Shown here in pieces: positions 50,898 through 60,718 of a stretch of 64,000 bases of DNA. The notes beneath the pieces are model-generated. The model was not told the origin of the DNA, ran no database searches, and was given only the letters and a program-made list of their open reading frames with translations. The stretch is from a virus, in IMG/VR virus record IMGVR_UViG_3300043773_000401, positions 50,818 through 114,817 of that record; one strand, 5' to 3'. Both the position numbers and the translations under genes were made by a program. Positions within the stretch are counted from its first letter, which is position 1; every line of letters starts with the position of its first letter.

Positions 50898-53093
50898 CTA
50901 TTTAAAGTTCTTAAAAGGTGATTTTGGTATCTTCATGTTACTAAAAGGACTACTAGACCTACCTAGATGTCTAAAAGGTCCTCCCGTAAATGTACTAATT
51001 TTTTTAGAATTATCCAATTTTTGGGTACCAGTGTTTTCATATCTCTTCCTAAACCCTCTATTAGATTCTTGTATTCTTACAAAAGCTACTAATGCACAGA
51101 ATGCTACAAGTCTATCCACGTTAACACCATCTTGGTAAGCTTCCATCTCTACAAGTAACATATCATCAGGTATTCTTTCAATACCATATTTTGTTTTAAC
51201 TATGGTACCATCTGTTTTAGTTTCTACATCTAGCTCTTCTTTAAGAAATTCTATGGCATAAGATAATAAGTGAGTCTTAAATATAGTACCTGTATTTTTC
51301 CATCCATAGTCCTGGTATACATTTTTATTTGCTCCAAGGTCTTTAAGAAACATAATCTGATCCTTAGGAACCAGATACTTTTGTTTTCTTTTAGCAATCA
51401 TATGTTGTAAGAACAAGCTAATGTTATTTTCTACAATAGCCCAGGCATTATAAATCTCAATAAGTAACTCTAGTCTTTCATGAGTTCTGTTTATATCATC
51501 AAACCTACCACACCAGCATGCTACAATCTTACCTTGTTCTATAAAGTTTTCTATCTGTTCTCCATTATTTCTTGTTACTTCTATAGAGTTTTTATAGATA
51601 TAAATAGAACAAAGAGACTCAGAAGTAGTTGTCTTACCTTCAGCCACTGGGTCAATAGAAGCATAATACATAGCAAACTCAGGACTAGCAACAGGTCTTT
51701 CCCATACAATAATTGCTCCTTCTTTATCTTCCATATTTTTCTTAACTGGAAAATCTCTAATAGGTAGCTTATTAGTAGTCTTAAATTCAGGTTTACCTGA
51801 TGCATCTTTTTGTATATCCAATAACTCATAACCATATTCTTTATCAGCTATCCTTTGTCTTTGAGCTTTAACTAAGTTCATAGGAAACTTAGATACTTTT
51901 CTATAAGCAAAAGCTTCTTCTATATTTCTAGGATGCTGTGATATTCTTAACTGATATGTTTCTGGACCTAGGTCTTTCTTCCATTGTTCAAACTGAGAAT
52001 TAAGTGCTTCTAATGCTTCTTCTACTTTAGAGTTACCATATTCATCTATGTATGGTGGCATAGACCATTGTTCAGGTATAAATAATGCAGATCTTCCTTG
52101 AGTACCTTTAGAATCTATTAAGTTAGTTTCTATATCAAATATATCATTAGCAGCAGGATTAAGCACCATTTCTTTTAATGGTTCACATTGATCTAAGTCT
52201 CCGACAGATCCTGCAGCAATAAACATACCTGTAGTAATCATACCAGACTTCATAGCAGGTTTAATATACTCATATGTCTGATCCATCTTAGGAGCAATAC
52301 CAGCCTCTTCATGAAAGAAGTATTTACAAGGACCTCCTACTCCATTTGTAGGATCTTTCTCAAAAGACATACCTTGTATAGTACCTTTTAATCCTAGTTC
52401 TGTTTTACGGTTACCTTTTCTTACCTCAATCTTCTGCTGCCACATCATTACTTTATCTGGTGACATAGGTCTATACCATGCAGTGTGTTGATTAAGAAAG
52501 GCTGCATATTCATTTAAGAACTTCCAGGTACCTTTCTCATTGATATAATCTTTAAGACTAGCTCCCATCTTTAGAGTAATACCCTCTTCAAACCATATCT
52601 GATTTATAAGTTTACCACCATGAAAGTATGAGCTAGCTATCTGACGTTTTTTTAATATAGCTGAATGTTTAAAATGTAATTCTGCTAGTATTTCATATAG
52701 AGCCATATGATACTGAGCATCCCTTACTTTAGCAAATCCATATAACTGTTCTTCTTTATCAAAGATAGGTAAGAAGTTAAGCCACATGTAATAGTCTCTT
52801 GTAAGATACCAGATTTTATCTTTAGACTTAACTATTATACCTAATCTGCATTTATTCTTTTGATCATTCCAGTAAGCTATAAAGTCTTTAGATTTAATTG
52901 GTGCAGCACAATAAAACTTCTGTTGATTAAATATTCTAGCTTGTTCATTAAAGATAAGAGTATCTTCATTAAACTCATACTTACCTGGTTCTTTAAATAA
53001 GGGTATAAGAAAATCTCTAAACTCATCTTTAGAATCAAAAGATGTAGTAGTCCAAGTACCATTATCCCAAGTAGGTATTATAAGATTACTCAT
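50898..53093 (-). CDS. terL: Terminase large subunit
   Basis: ILKKRQIASSY (Walker A variant), YFFHEEAG (Walker B), YYASIDP and ENN (RNase H-like nuclease), NVDR. Confidence 0.92.
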   Translation of the reverse strand: MSNLIIPTWDNGTWTTTSFDSKDEFRDFLIPLFKEPGKYEFNEDTLIFNEQARIFNQQKFYCAAPIKSKDFIAYWNDQKNKCRLGIIVKSKDKIWYLTRDYYMWLNFLPIFDKEEQLYGFAKVRDAQYHMALYEILAELHFKHSAILKKRQIASSYFHGGKLINQIWFEEGITLKMGASLKDYINEKGTWKFLNEYAAFLNQHTAWYRPMSPDKVMMWQQKIEVRKGNRKTELGLKGTIQGMSFEKDPTNGVGGPCKYFFHEEAGIAPKMDQTYEYIKPAMKSGMITTGMFIAAGSVGDLDQCEPLKEMVLNPAANDIFDIETNLIDSKGTQGRSALFIPEQWSMPPYIDEYGNSKVEEALEALNSQFEQWKKDLGPETYQLRISQHPRNIEEAFAYRKVSKFPMNLVKAQRQRIADKEYGYELLDIQKDASGKPEFKTTNKLPIRDFPVKKNMEDKEGAIIVWERPVASPEFAMYYASIDPVAEGKTTTSESLCSIYIYKNSIEVTRNNGEQIENFIEQGKIVACWCGRFDDINRTHERLELLIEIYNAWAIVENNISLFLQHMIAKRKQKYLVPKDQIMFLKDLGANKNVYQDYGWKNTGTIFKTHLLSYAIEFLKEELDVETKTDGTIVKTKYGIERIPDDMLLVEMEAYQDGVNVDRLVAFCALVAFVRIQESNRGFRKRYENTGTQKLDNSKKISTFTGGPFRHLGRSSSPFSNMKIPKSPFKNFK

Positions 53094-53278
53094 TCTTCAA
53101 ATATCTCTCCTTGATTCTGTACTAAGTAGAAGTATAAGTCTTCTATTCTAGGACCATGTAAAACAAACTCTCTATCACCATTGAAGAATGCTGCAGAGTG
53201 TTCTCTTTTAAATGCATACCATAAACTGGTATAAGGACTGAAGTGAAACACCCAGTCATGTAAAAATTCATTTTTCAT
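53090..53278 (-). CDS. Hypothetical protein (62 aa)
   Basis: Tightly packed ORF coupled to TerL. Confidence 0.55.
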   Translation of the reverse strand: MKNEFLHDWVFHFSPYTSLWYAFKREHSAAFFNGDREFVLHGPRIEDLYFYLVQNQGEIFEE

Positions 53279-53283
53279 ATCTA

Positions 53284-53805
53284 TTAATATTGATCATATG
53301 CTAAATCTTGACCTCCTCTGATTTTACTATTCTGTTCATCTTGGAGATCTTTAAATACTCCTTTATAACTCTGTCTTACTTCATTAAACTGTTTAGCTAA
53401 TGCTAGTATCTGAGTTATATTACCATCTTTACCATCTCTCATATGAGCTGTTTCTAGATAGTAAGCCATATTATCTAGTGCCTTCTTAATACCATTATAA
53501 GCTCTTGATGTTTCTGTCTCATACATTTTAGTACAAAAAATAATAGCTTCTGGTATACCATCATCTTCTGTAGAAAAATCAGCATCTATTTCTTTAAGTA
53601 TTAACTCTTCTTTTTCTGATTGTATAAGATGAAAGAAAGGGTTAAAGTCTGGATTAGGGCAGGTCATATAGAATATATACTGGTATATCTTAAGATAGTT
53701 ATCAGGATAATCATCCATAATCTTCTTAAGTGTACCTAGAGTGTGACAATGTTCTGTAGGTATTACTTTACCGTTTTGTATATCAAATAGTCTTATCATC
53801 TTCAA
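53284..53805 (-). CDS. Conserved helical protein, possible terminase small subunit
   Basis: 173 aa, upstream of TerL, C-terminal helical hairpin. Function inferred from position only. Confidence 0.4.
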   Translation of the reverse strand: MKMIRLFDIQNGKVIPTEHCHTLGTLKKIMDDYPDNYLKIYQYIFYMTCPNPDFNPFFHLIQSEKEELILKEIDADFSTEDDGIPEAIIFCTKMYETETSRAYNGIKKALDNMAYYLETAHMRDGKDGNITQILALAKQFNEVRQSYKGVFKDLQDEQNSKIRGGQDLAYDQY

Positions 53806-54421
53806 TTTTCTTTATTTCATAATAGTAACTGTTAGAGTCTTCAGATACCCATTTATCAGATTGTGCTTCTACAGATTCTATGTGTGTATCTACTTTAAAT
53901 GTAGAAGGATCTACAGGAAATTGCTTAGTTACCCAGTTAGAATCTTTCCAGTATATTCTATTATTAGGTTGACATAATAAGTAACCATCATCAGCTATTA
54001 GAATATGACCACATTTATAATCTGATGCTTCATCTGAATAAGGATTTCTATACCAGTCTACAGTCATTAAATATGTAGCCCATACTTTAGTTCCATCTTT
54101 TAGAACTACTTGACATCTCTTTTCATATAGATAATCATAAGTAATAACTGATACATTTTCTGAGAAACAATCCCATAGTTGTTTATAATGAAAAGGTATA
54201 TCATTTTCTGGTATTTCTATAAATATTTCTGATATAGGTACTCTAGATCTTAGCATACCATAATCAGTCATAATATGAAAGGTTAGTATCTTACCAGCTA
54301 AAGATTGTACAGCAAAAGCATAAGCTTTATGATATGTATCATTATCAGCTTCATTTTTAGTAAAGTGAGATGCTCTTACATAACACTTAAACAATTCTAT
54401 ATTCTCATTTAGTTTGGCCAT
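53783..54421 (-). CDS. Conserved aquatic-phage hypothetical protein
   Basis: QLWDCFS, YLMTVDW, KCGHIL, QPNNRI.W.D motifs. Confidence 0.55.
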   Translation of the reverse strand: MAKLNENIELFKCYVRASHFTKNEADNDTYHKAYAFAVQSLAGKILTFHIMTDYGMLRSRVPISEIFIEIPENDIPFHYKQLWDCFSENVSVITYDYLYEKRCQVVLKDGTKVWATYLMTVDWYRNPYSDEASDYKCGHILIADDGYLLCQPNNRIYWKDSNWVTKQFPVDPSTFKVDTHIESVEAQSDKWVSEDSNSYYYEIKKIEDDKTI

Positions 54422-55229
54422 TCTCTTTAAGATAATTAATTAAAGTTATAACTTCTTCTTTTAAGTAAGGTACATCATAGGTTACTACATCTTCTATAAT
54501 AGGATCATGATTAGCATCAAATCTTAGTATACGATTATGATACTCATCTGTTCCATCTGTAGCAAAAATAATATGTTCTATAGTCATACTACCATACTTA
54601 AGTTTAGGATTATGTTTAAGTATGATGTACATATAGATAGAAAGTTGCAAAGCATAATGATAAAAGTTACAATCATCTAAGTGTTGTAATGGTGACTGCA
54701 TCTTTTTACTTATACCTTCCCAGTTAGTATAACTCTCAGTCTTAATCTCTTTGTTAGTCTTATAGTCAGATACATGTACAAAACCATCAATAACTTCTAC
54801 TCTATCTGATTGACCACAGATACCTGCAGACTTTAAGTATACCATGTGTTCAGGATATACTCCATCAGTTAGTTTTTGATTAGGTGCATACTTAACACCA
54901 TCTTTAGTTATAGGTCTTATAATAGGTACTTCTTTACCCTTTCTAGATATTGTACTAAACTCAAGTAGATCTGCTTCTCTTTGATCATGATACCAAGATC
55001 CTAGATTGATAGCTTTTTGAGCTTCTCCTTCCCAGGCTAACATAATATCATTAGCAGTCATACCATACCACTTAGACTTCTTATTCTTAGAAGACTTAGC
55101 AGCTATAGCTTCTGCATCAAACTTTTCTTTAAACTTGGATACTACAGAAGTAACACTGGTCCATTCAATGTTTTCACTGTCTTCTATACTTTTATAAGTA
55201 TGTGACTGAGGTATAAAAATTACTGACAT
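54405..55229 (-). CDS. PD-(D/E)XK exonuclease-like protein
   Basis: SVTSVV, GSWYH, PEH...GICGQSD...SDYKT, HYALQLSIY. Confidence 0.8.
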   Translation of the reverse strand: MSVIFIPQSHTYKSIEDSENIEWTSVTSVVSKFKEKFDAEAIAAKSSKNKKSKWYGMTANDIMLAWEGEAQKAINLGSWYHDQREADLLEFSTISRKGKEVPIIRPITKDGVKYAPNQKLTDGVYPEHMVYLKSAGICGQSDRVEVIDGFVHVSDYKTNKEIKTESYTNWEGISKKMQSPLQHLDDCNFYHYALQLSIYMYIILKHNPKLKYGSMTIEHIIFATDGTDEYHNRILRFDANHDPIIEDVVTYDVPYLKEEVITLINYLKENGQTK

Positions 55230-55231
55230 AT

Positions 55232-55525
55232 TTATAGAGTTAAATTATCTTCTTCATCTTGAGTTAGGTAGGCATCCCATTTATTCTCAGGACAGCTAGA
55301 TGATAATGATCTAACCTTATATGATAACTTACATCCACATAAACCACAGCAAGGTTGAGATCCAGGAAGTTCACATTTACTTCCCACTGTATCTAGATTA
55401 GGACAATGATTACATATACCCAACCTTTGTTCAGCTATAACCTCAACATCTTCTTTCTTAAATACAGAGTTCTTGATACCCTCAAGAATCTGTTCCCGGT
55501 TGCTCCAAATCTTTTTTAAGTTCAT
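55232..55525 (-). CDS. Small Cys-cluster (metal-binding) protein
   Basis: RLGICNHC...C...CCGLCGC...K...CPENKW. Confidence 0.6.
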   Translation of the reverse strand: MNLKKIWSNREQILEGIKNSVFKKEDVEVIAEQRLGICNHCPNLDTVGSKCELPGSQPCCGLCGCKLSYKVRSLSSSCPENKWDAYLTQDEEDNLTL

Positions 55526-55880
55526 CTCTTTTTTTATAATACTCTACCATTTTTGTATAGTCTTCTGTGTAGTACTCCTTAGTCTTTACTAACTTCTCTA
55601 ATACCTTTTTAGTATGATCATACTTAGCAAAGTTACTAAATGAATTAGGTGGAGTATTATCCAGATAAGACACGTATTTATTTATATACTTATCTAGCTT
55701 GTTTAAAGATACTACAAATGTTCCAAAGTTATTAAGGTATAACCTAGGATATGTTATATCTTTCATATTAGCTCTAACATTTTTCCAATAAGAAGTAATA
55801 ACTGCTTCCACTAGATCTTTATTAAGATCATTCTCCTTACTAAATTCTTCTATAAGTTTACTTACCTTCTTGGGGTTCAA
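55482..55880 (-). CDS. HU/IHF-like DNA-binding protein
   Basis: LIEEFSKENDLNKDLVEAVI...LYLNNFGTFVV. Confidence 0.55.
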   Translation of the reverse strand: MNPKKVSKLIEEFSKENDLNKDLVEAVITSYWKNVRANMKDITYPRLYLNNFGTFVVSLNKLDKYINKYVSYLDNTPPNSFSNFAKYDHTKKVLEKLVKTKEYYTEDYTKMVEYYKKRDELKKDLEQPGTDS

Positions 55881-56238
55881 TTCTAATAATTTTTAAGTCC
55901 AACAATATATTTCCTGAACTCTGTATGATAACTGCAGGATTAAGTTTCAATCTTTTTTTTGATCTACCAATTTTAAATGTATTAATTAATCCTTTCTTTT
56001 CTAAGGTAGCTAATGCACTTCTGGCAGACTGACTATTAGCAAAGATTTTTTGATCTGCAGCTTTATCACAGAATTCACCTATCTCATCTTCTGATCTAAG
56101 TGCCAAGAGAGTAAGACACTCAAGATTCTGATCTGTGACCAGGATCTTGTTAAGATAACAGTAAAGATGGATCTGGAACCTTACAATGTCCCAGAGCTCC
56201 ATCCTTATGTTTTTCTTCACTTGATTAACTAAAGCCAT
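55858..56238 (-). CDS. Winged-helix DNA-binding protein
   Basis: SQSARSALATLEKKGLI...LKLNP. Confidence 0.55.
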   Translation of the reverse strand: MALVNQVKKNIRMELWDIVRFQIHLYCYLNKILVTDQNLECLTLLALRSEDEIGEFCDKAADQKIFANSQSARSALATLEKKGLINTFKIGRSKKRLKLNPAVIIQSSGNILLDLKIIRIEPQEGK

Positions 56239-56255
56239 ATGTTGGTTTTACCAGC

Positions 56256-56519
56256 TTAGTCTTTCTTTAGTTTTCTTTTGTTATCTGCAGGTTCTTCATC
56301 TCCTTCCTCTGATGGTGGAGGAGCCATGATCTGTGCTTTTCTAGCCATCACAGTCATACTCTTTAATTCCTGCTCTTCAATGTTAGCTACAAGTGTTTCA
56401 TACTCTAGCTTAGTTTTTAAGAATGGTATCATCTTTTCATAATACTCATTATCAGATTGGATTCTTTCTAGAAACTTGTCATATACATTGCCAGTTTCTG
56501 TTTTGGTTTCTTCAGACAT
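56256..56519 (-). CDS. Small coiled-coil hypothetical protein (87 aa)
   Basis: True start is likely MSEETK at 56519; the longer ORF-track start runs through the promoter. Confidence 0.6.
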   Translation of the reverse strand: MSEETKTETGNVYDKFLERIQSDNEYYEKMIPFLKTKLEYETLVANIEEQELKSMTVMARKAQIMAPPPSEEGDEEPADNKRKLKKD

Positions 56520-56542
56520 AAATTTAATTTTAAAATTTAAAG

Positions 56543-56574
56543 CTAAAGTATATAAATTAATTTTAAAAAACAAA
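56543..56574 (-). promoter_or_regulatory. Putative promoter TTTG-N20-TACTTTAG
   Basis: Exact 20-nt spacer; directly after a terminator. Confidence 0.6.
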
Positions 56575-56582
56575 ATATAAAC

Positions 56583-56608
56583 AAAAAATCCCAGGTTACC
56601 CCAGGATC
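56583..56608 (-). terminator. Intrinsic terminator
   Basis: ATCCTGGG-GTAA-CCTGGGAT (with G-U pairs and a GNRA loop) followed by a U-tract. Confidence 0.7.
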
Positions 56609-56642
56609 TCTTGCATCAAAAAACACATTTAGAGCGAATATC

Positions 56643-56879
56643 TTATGATTTAAACCATGTTATTAATCCACTTACAATAAGTGAAACTACAGCAGAAATA
56701 CTTGTACCCACCTTAGTAAGACTAGACTTAAACTTTTTAAGTTCTCCCATATCTTTAATAACTCCAGGGAAACCATTATCAGTATCTCCATACATACCTC
56801 TTTCAACCTTCTCAACTCTATTTTCTATATGGTCTAGTTTTCTAAATAGTCTATCTTTTTCTTCAACTGTTAGGCTCAT
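56643..56879 (-). CDS. Small coiled-coil protein with a C-terminal TM helix (lysis-associated, holin/XhlA-like)
   Basis: LDHIENRVEKVE followed by VGTSISAVVSLIVSGLITWF. Confidence 0.5.
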   Translation of the reverse strand: MSLTVEEKDRLFRKLDHIENRVEKVERGMYGDTDNGFPGVIKDMGELKKFKSSLTKVGTSISAVVSLIVSGLITWFKS

Positions 56880-57099
56880 GATTATCAGTTTTATCTTCTA
56901 CTGCAAAAAAGTTTGTTAGGAACTTTCCGGCTACACCTGTAATTAGAGCTACTATAGCAATCCATTTAGACCAGTCTTCCATTAATGTAAAGCCTACTAA
57001 AAAGGTAGAGATTGCAAGACTAGTATCTCCAATCTTTCTCCACTTCTTAGGTGTAGGTAATGCATAATAGTTACAGACCTTCTTAAATTTCTTTCTCAT
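56863..57099 (-). CDS. Putative holin (2 TM)
   Basis: PTPKKWRKIGD, two hydrophobic helices, GKFLTNFF. Confidence 0.6.
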   Translation of the reverse strand: MRKKFKKVCNYYALPTPKKWRKIGDTSLAISTFLVGFTLMEDWSKWIAIVALITGVAGKFLTNFFAVEDKTDNHEPNS

Positions 57100-57101
57100 A
57101 T

Positions 57102-57563
57102 TTACAAAAATTTGAAGCCAGACTTCACTATTAATATAGCAATTTTATACATACCAACCAAGGCTGGTACTAAAATAATTCCTAAAAAAATCCATACCCA
57201 GGCAGGTATATATTTCTCTTTAACAGTGTTTATCTTTTCAGTGTAATCTTTTATCTGTTGTTCAAACCAGGTAATATCAATATCCTTAGCTTGACATTCT
57301 GCTATTAGTCTACCATATGCATCTTTGTATAGTCTTAGTTCTGCCCTACCAGTAGTATCTTTTATGATCTTTACATCTTTAAGATACTGTATAGATTCTA
57401 ATGTAAGAGTATCACGGATAATAGCTCCAGGTATAACTGAATCTCTTTTTACATAAGTAGTTTCCCGGATTTCTTTAATCTGTGGAGGAAATCTTTTAGT
57501 ACATTCTTCTTGAGTAATACAAGACTGTAGTATAACTATTAATATGATTAGGATATATTTCAT
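57102..57563 (-). CDS. Putative unimolecular spanin (lipoprotein)
   Basis: Signal peptide with lipobox LQSC and a C-terminal TM helix. Confidence 0.65.
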   Translation of the reverse strand: MKYILIILIVILQSCITQEECTKRFPPQIKEIRETTYVKRDSVIPGAIIRDTLTLESIQYLKDVKIIKDTTGRAELRLYKDAYGRLIAECQAKDIDITWFEQQIKDYTEKINTVKEKYIPAWVWIFLGIILVPALVGMYKIAILIVKSGFKFL

Positions 57564-57769
57564 GGTATTTCTGGTCTTGGTTTATAATCTATAATAGGTA
57601 AATTTTTTACCCAGATAAACTCAGAATTAGTACAATACTCCATTTCTTCAAGAGATATAATCCAGTTATCATCTATATCTTGGATAGGGTTAAAATAAGA
57701 ATCATAGGTATATTGTTGACCTATTAATAAATCTTTTTCCTGTACTGTTAAAAGTCCTACTTGTGTCAT
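57560..57769 (-). CDS. Small acidic fibre-associated protein
   Basis: GLLT...DSYFNPIQD..NWIISLEE; coupled to the upstream fibre-like gene. Confidence 0.55.
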   Translation of the reverse strand: MTQVGLLTVQEKDLLIGQQYTYDSYFNPIQDIDDNWIISLEEMEYCTNSEFIWVKNLPIIDYKPRPEIP

Positions 57770-59349
57770 ATTTGTCTACTTAATGCTGTTTGATAAGCTT
57801 GTATTACTGTATAAAAGTTAGTTGCTTCTGTGTCAGATAAACCTAAACCTATAGAAGCAAAAGCAAAATTTCTATTTGAAAAGAATTGATATGCAATACC
57901 ATTATCGGCACCTATGATAATTACTTTAGGTGGAAATGTAGAAACTCTTAAATTTGTATTGGTAGTTAACTTAGTTGAATTTCTCCACAGATTAAATACT
58001 ACATTAGATGTTCTATTAGCAACAAATAATCCAGTAGATGCTGTTGAAGACATATTATATGTTATTCTGTTAGTTCCAGTATCATACATATCATAATAAC
58101 CATTATTATCATTCCACTTTAAGTGCATTCTTATATCATTTGCTCCAAATGCACAGCCCATATCTACAGCAGCTATAGCATTATTAGTTCTAGAATATAA
58201 TGAGGTATGAGTATTGTCTAAAGTTAATACTGTATTTACGGGCATCTTTGTGTCCGCCCACCCATTTGTTCCGTTAAATGTAACTCCATTAGCATTATGA
58301 GTAATACCTCCATTAAATATTAATCTAAATGCTGCATCTGAATCAACAGGGTTTTTTAAGTTCCATTTATGTGTACTTGATGTACCACCTACAAACGGAT
58401 ATATAGCAATCATTTTTGACCATATATTATTAGTTTTTAATCCTATTGTAAGATTATTAACTGCATCTGCCTGTACCTGATCCTGTATATCAGCAGCAGT
58501 AACAAAAGCCTGAGCATCAGCATCTGATACTGTTTGTGTACCTATAGATCTACCTAAAGTTGTTTGGAAAGTCTGTATAGCATTATACAAACAAATTTCT
58601 TCTGCATCTGTTAGTCCATCTCCAATAGTAGAAAATGCTATTTCCCTATCTGAATATACTCCTTCTGTCTTAGCTCTTCTACCAAATATAAAAGTATCAT
58701 TTACTTTACCTGTTACTGTAGATGCTACTGTATATTTAGTTGTAGTTTTGTATACAAAAACATCATTAGCATTAGTTCTATTAGCTACATAAAAACCTCT
58801 TGAGTCTGTATTAGCTGCTGCTATTCCAGATGTAGCATGAATTCTTCCATATAAAGCATCACTAAATCTAGGTAGAATATTACTTTGGAATGTAGCTGTA
58901 TTAAATGCTCCTATATCACCTGCTAATGTAGCTGTATTAGTTCTAAGATAAATACTTATATGTTCATCATTAAGATTAAGTGTAGTATTTTCATTTAAAA
59001 ATGTATCAGCTGTACCATTAACTCCATTAGGTGTAGCACCTGTTAAGGAATGTGTCCAACCCCCAGAGAATACTATTCTGAAAGCAGCATTAGTATCTAA
59101 AGGATTCTTTAGATTAAACTTATGGGTTGTAGATGTACCTCCAACAAATGGATAAATGGCCTTCATCTTAGTCCAGATCTGACAATTTTTAAGATCTGTC
59201 ACTAGTGTATTGATAGCTTCCTGTTGTGTAGGATTTGTAATACCTGCTGCATCTATAAATGCTTGAGCATCTGGATCAATTAAAGGTAGGTATATACTTG
59301 TTTTTTTTACTATACCTGATATTTTTCTAAAGTTAATCTCAGTTGCCAT
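57766..59349 (-). CDS. Putative receptor-binding/fibre protein with two tandem homologous ConA/LamG-like domains
   Basis: Both halves begin DxDAQAF...IWxKMxAIYPFVGGTSxTHKxNLKNP and end Y..IQ.(F/Y)QT.L.R.I. Confidence 0.6.
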   Translation of the reverse strand: MATEINFRKISGIVKKTSIYLPLIDPDAQAFIDAAGITNPTQQEAINTLVTDLKNCQIWTKMKAIYPFVGGTSTTHKFNLKNPLDTNAAFRIVFSGGWTHSLTGATPNGVNGTADTFLNENTTLNLNDEHISIYLRTNTATLAGDIGAFNTATFQSNILPRFSDALYGRIHATSGIAAANTDSRGFYVANRTNANDVFVYKTTTKYTVASTVTGKVNDTFIFGRRAKTEGVYSDREIAFSTIGDGLTDAEEICLYNAIQTFQTTLGRSIGTQTVSDADAQAFVTAADIQDQVQADAVNNLTIGLKTNNIWSKMIAIYPFVGGTSSTHKWNLKNPVDSDAAFRLIFNGGITHNANGVTFNGTNGWADTKMPVNTVLTLDNTHTSLYSRTNNAIAAVDMGCAFGANDIRMHLKWNDNNGYYDMYDTGTNRITYNMSSTASTGLFVANRTSNVVFNLWRNSTKLTTNTNLRVSTFPPKVIIIGADNGIAYQFFSNRNFAFASIGLGLSDTEATNFYTVIQAYQTALSRQI

Positions 59350-59903
59350 TAGTATACTTTATTTAAAATAAAGATATCACTATAGATACTATTACCTGCA
59401 TTGTTACTACCCCATTGAACTGTTATGTCTAATGTATTAGGAATCGTTGTATTAAATGTAGTATTATTAACCACATTAAATGCAAAACCTTCAGTTACAC
59501 CATTCACTGTTTTAACATAATGGAATGTACCTAATGAAACTATCGATGCAGTACCTGTACCTCCAATCTGCCTAATGGTAAAATTTATATTTAAAGAAAA
59601 TACGTTATTAGTAATATTATTTATATTTTGAATACCACTATCCAAAAGTATAACAGATCCGGTCTTTACTTTTACTCTTATAGTCTGGTTATTAGCAGCA
59701 TTTAATATTCCTGCCATTATAGCAGTAAAACTATCTCCTATTTGAAAACCGTTTGCAGGTACAGATAGAGTACCTACACCACCATTGATTAATGATGTTT
59801 CTACAGTAGTACCTGTAATTGGAGTACTATTAGCTGTCTGTGCAAATAGCCCATAATTAGTAGCTGGAATTATATCCGGTACTATCTGTATTAATGTTTT
59901 CAT
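59349..59903 (-). CDS. Beta-rich putative fibre/structural protein
   Basis: Thr/Asn/Gly-rich, 184 aa, in the fibre cluster. Confidence 0.45.
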   Translation of the reverse strand: MKTLIQIVPDIIPATNYGLFAQTANSTPITGTTVETSLINGGVGTLSVPANGFQIGDSFTAIMAGILNAANNQTIRVKVKTGSVILLDSGIQNINNITNNVFSLNINFTIRQIGGTGTASIVSLGTFHYVKTVNGVTEGFAFNVVNNTTFNTTIPNTLDITVQWGSNNAGNSIYSDIFILNKVY

Positions 59904-59905
59904 AC

Positions 59906-60241
59906 TTACACTACTGCTGTTACAAGAAGATCTGTTCCTGTTCCGACAATCTGTATAGTTCCTGCTGCAAAGTAGTTATTATTACCAGCATCAAAGTTTA
60001 CAACTTCACCTGGTTTAAGTATAGTTCCTTCTACAGTACCATTAACAGATCCTGTATTTGCTACAGAAAATGAATATGTATCTACACCTAAAGATGTACT
60101 AGAACTTATTCTAGTAATTAATACAGATCTGGTAACCCCGATATTAATATTAAGAAGATCTCCTAAAGTACGGAGCATCTTATATTGCCATGTCCAGTTA
60201 TTACCTTTCTGGCCTGATGTTTTTAGATTACCTACTGACAT
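59906..60241 (-). CDS. Hypothetical structural protein
   Basis: 111 aa; GQKGNNWTWQYKML N-terminus. Confidence 0.45.
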   Translation of the reverse strand: MSVGNLKTSGQKGNNWTWQYKMLRTLGDLLNINIGVTRSVLITRISSSTSLGVDTYSFSVANTGSVNGTVEGTILKPGEVVNFDAGNNNYFAAGTIQIVGTGTDLLVTAVV

Positions 60242-60243
60242 AG

Positions 60244-60690
60244 TTATCCTATTTTATGGACATTATACCAAATTTTTAATACTAATGAACCGTTACCTAC
60301 TGTAATAGGACCTGTTTCTTGAATTGTTACATTTTCTCCAAAAGGTACTTCTTCTTCATCAGAAGATATAAGAGATACTAAACTAGTAGCAGATGTTGTT
60401 GTTATACCATCTACAAGTTCTGTACCATAGAAAATTTCTGTATCACCATCATAAGCTACTAATCCTGCAGTAAATTCTGCATTAATCTTAAAGCTATAAT
60501 ACTGATTAGTTGGTAATGAAGGAAGAAGTTCTACTGTACCTAGACCAATTAAAGAATTAAGTTTTACTTCTTTATATCGGCTGTAGGCTCCCATATATAT
60601 ACCTAACTTTAATGCAAATTTTTCTAATGTTAAAGCAACATTCTGCCATACATAATTCATTTTAGATGAGTATTCAGGATACTGTCCCAT
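60244..60690 (-). CDS. Hypothetical protein
   Basis: 148 aa, preceded by a promoter motif. Confidence 0.5.
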   Translation of the reverse strand: MGQYPEYSSKMNYVWQNVALTLEKFALKLGIYMGAYSRYKEVKLNSLIGLGTVELLPSLPTNQYYSFKINAEFTAGLVAYDGDTEIFYGTELVDGITTTSATSLVSLISSDEEEVPFGENVTIQETGPITVGNGSLVLKIWYNVHKIG

Positions 60691-60718
60691 AATAATAAAA
60701 ATTTAATTGTTTATACAG

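Noticed and set aside
45178-53093. Inteins or introns in TerL, portal or MCP
   Set aside because: The ORFs are uninterrupted, of ordinary size, and show no intein termini or LAGLIDADG motifs.
54405-55229. Cas4 / CRISPR association of the PD-(D/E)XK nuclease
   Set aside because: It lacks the four-Cys Fe-S cluster pattern, and there is no array or other cas gene.
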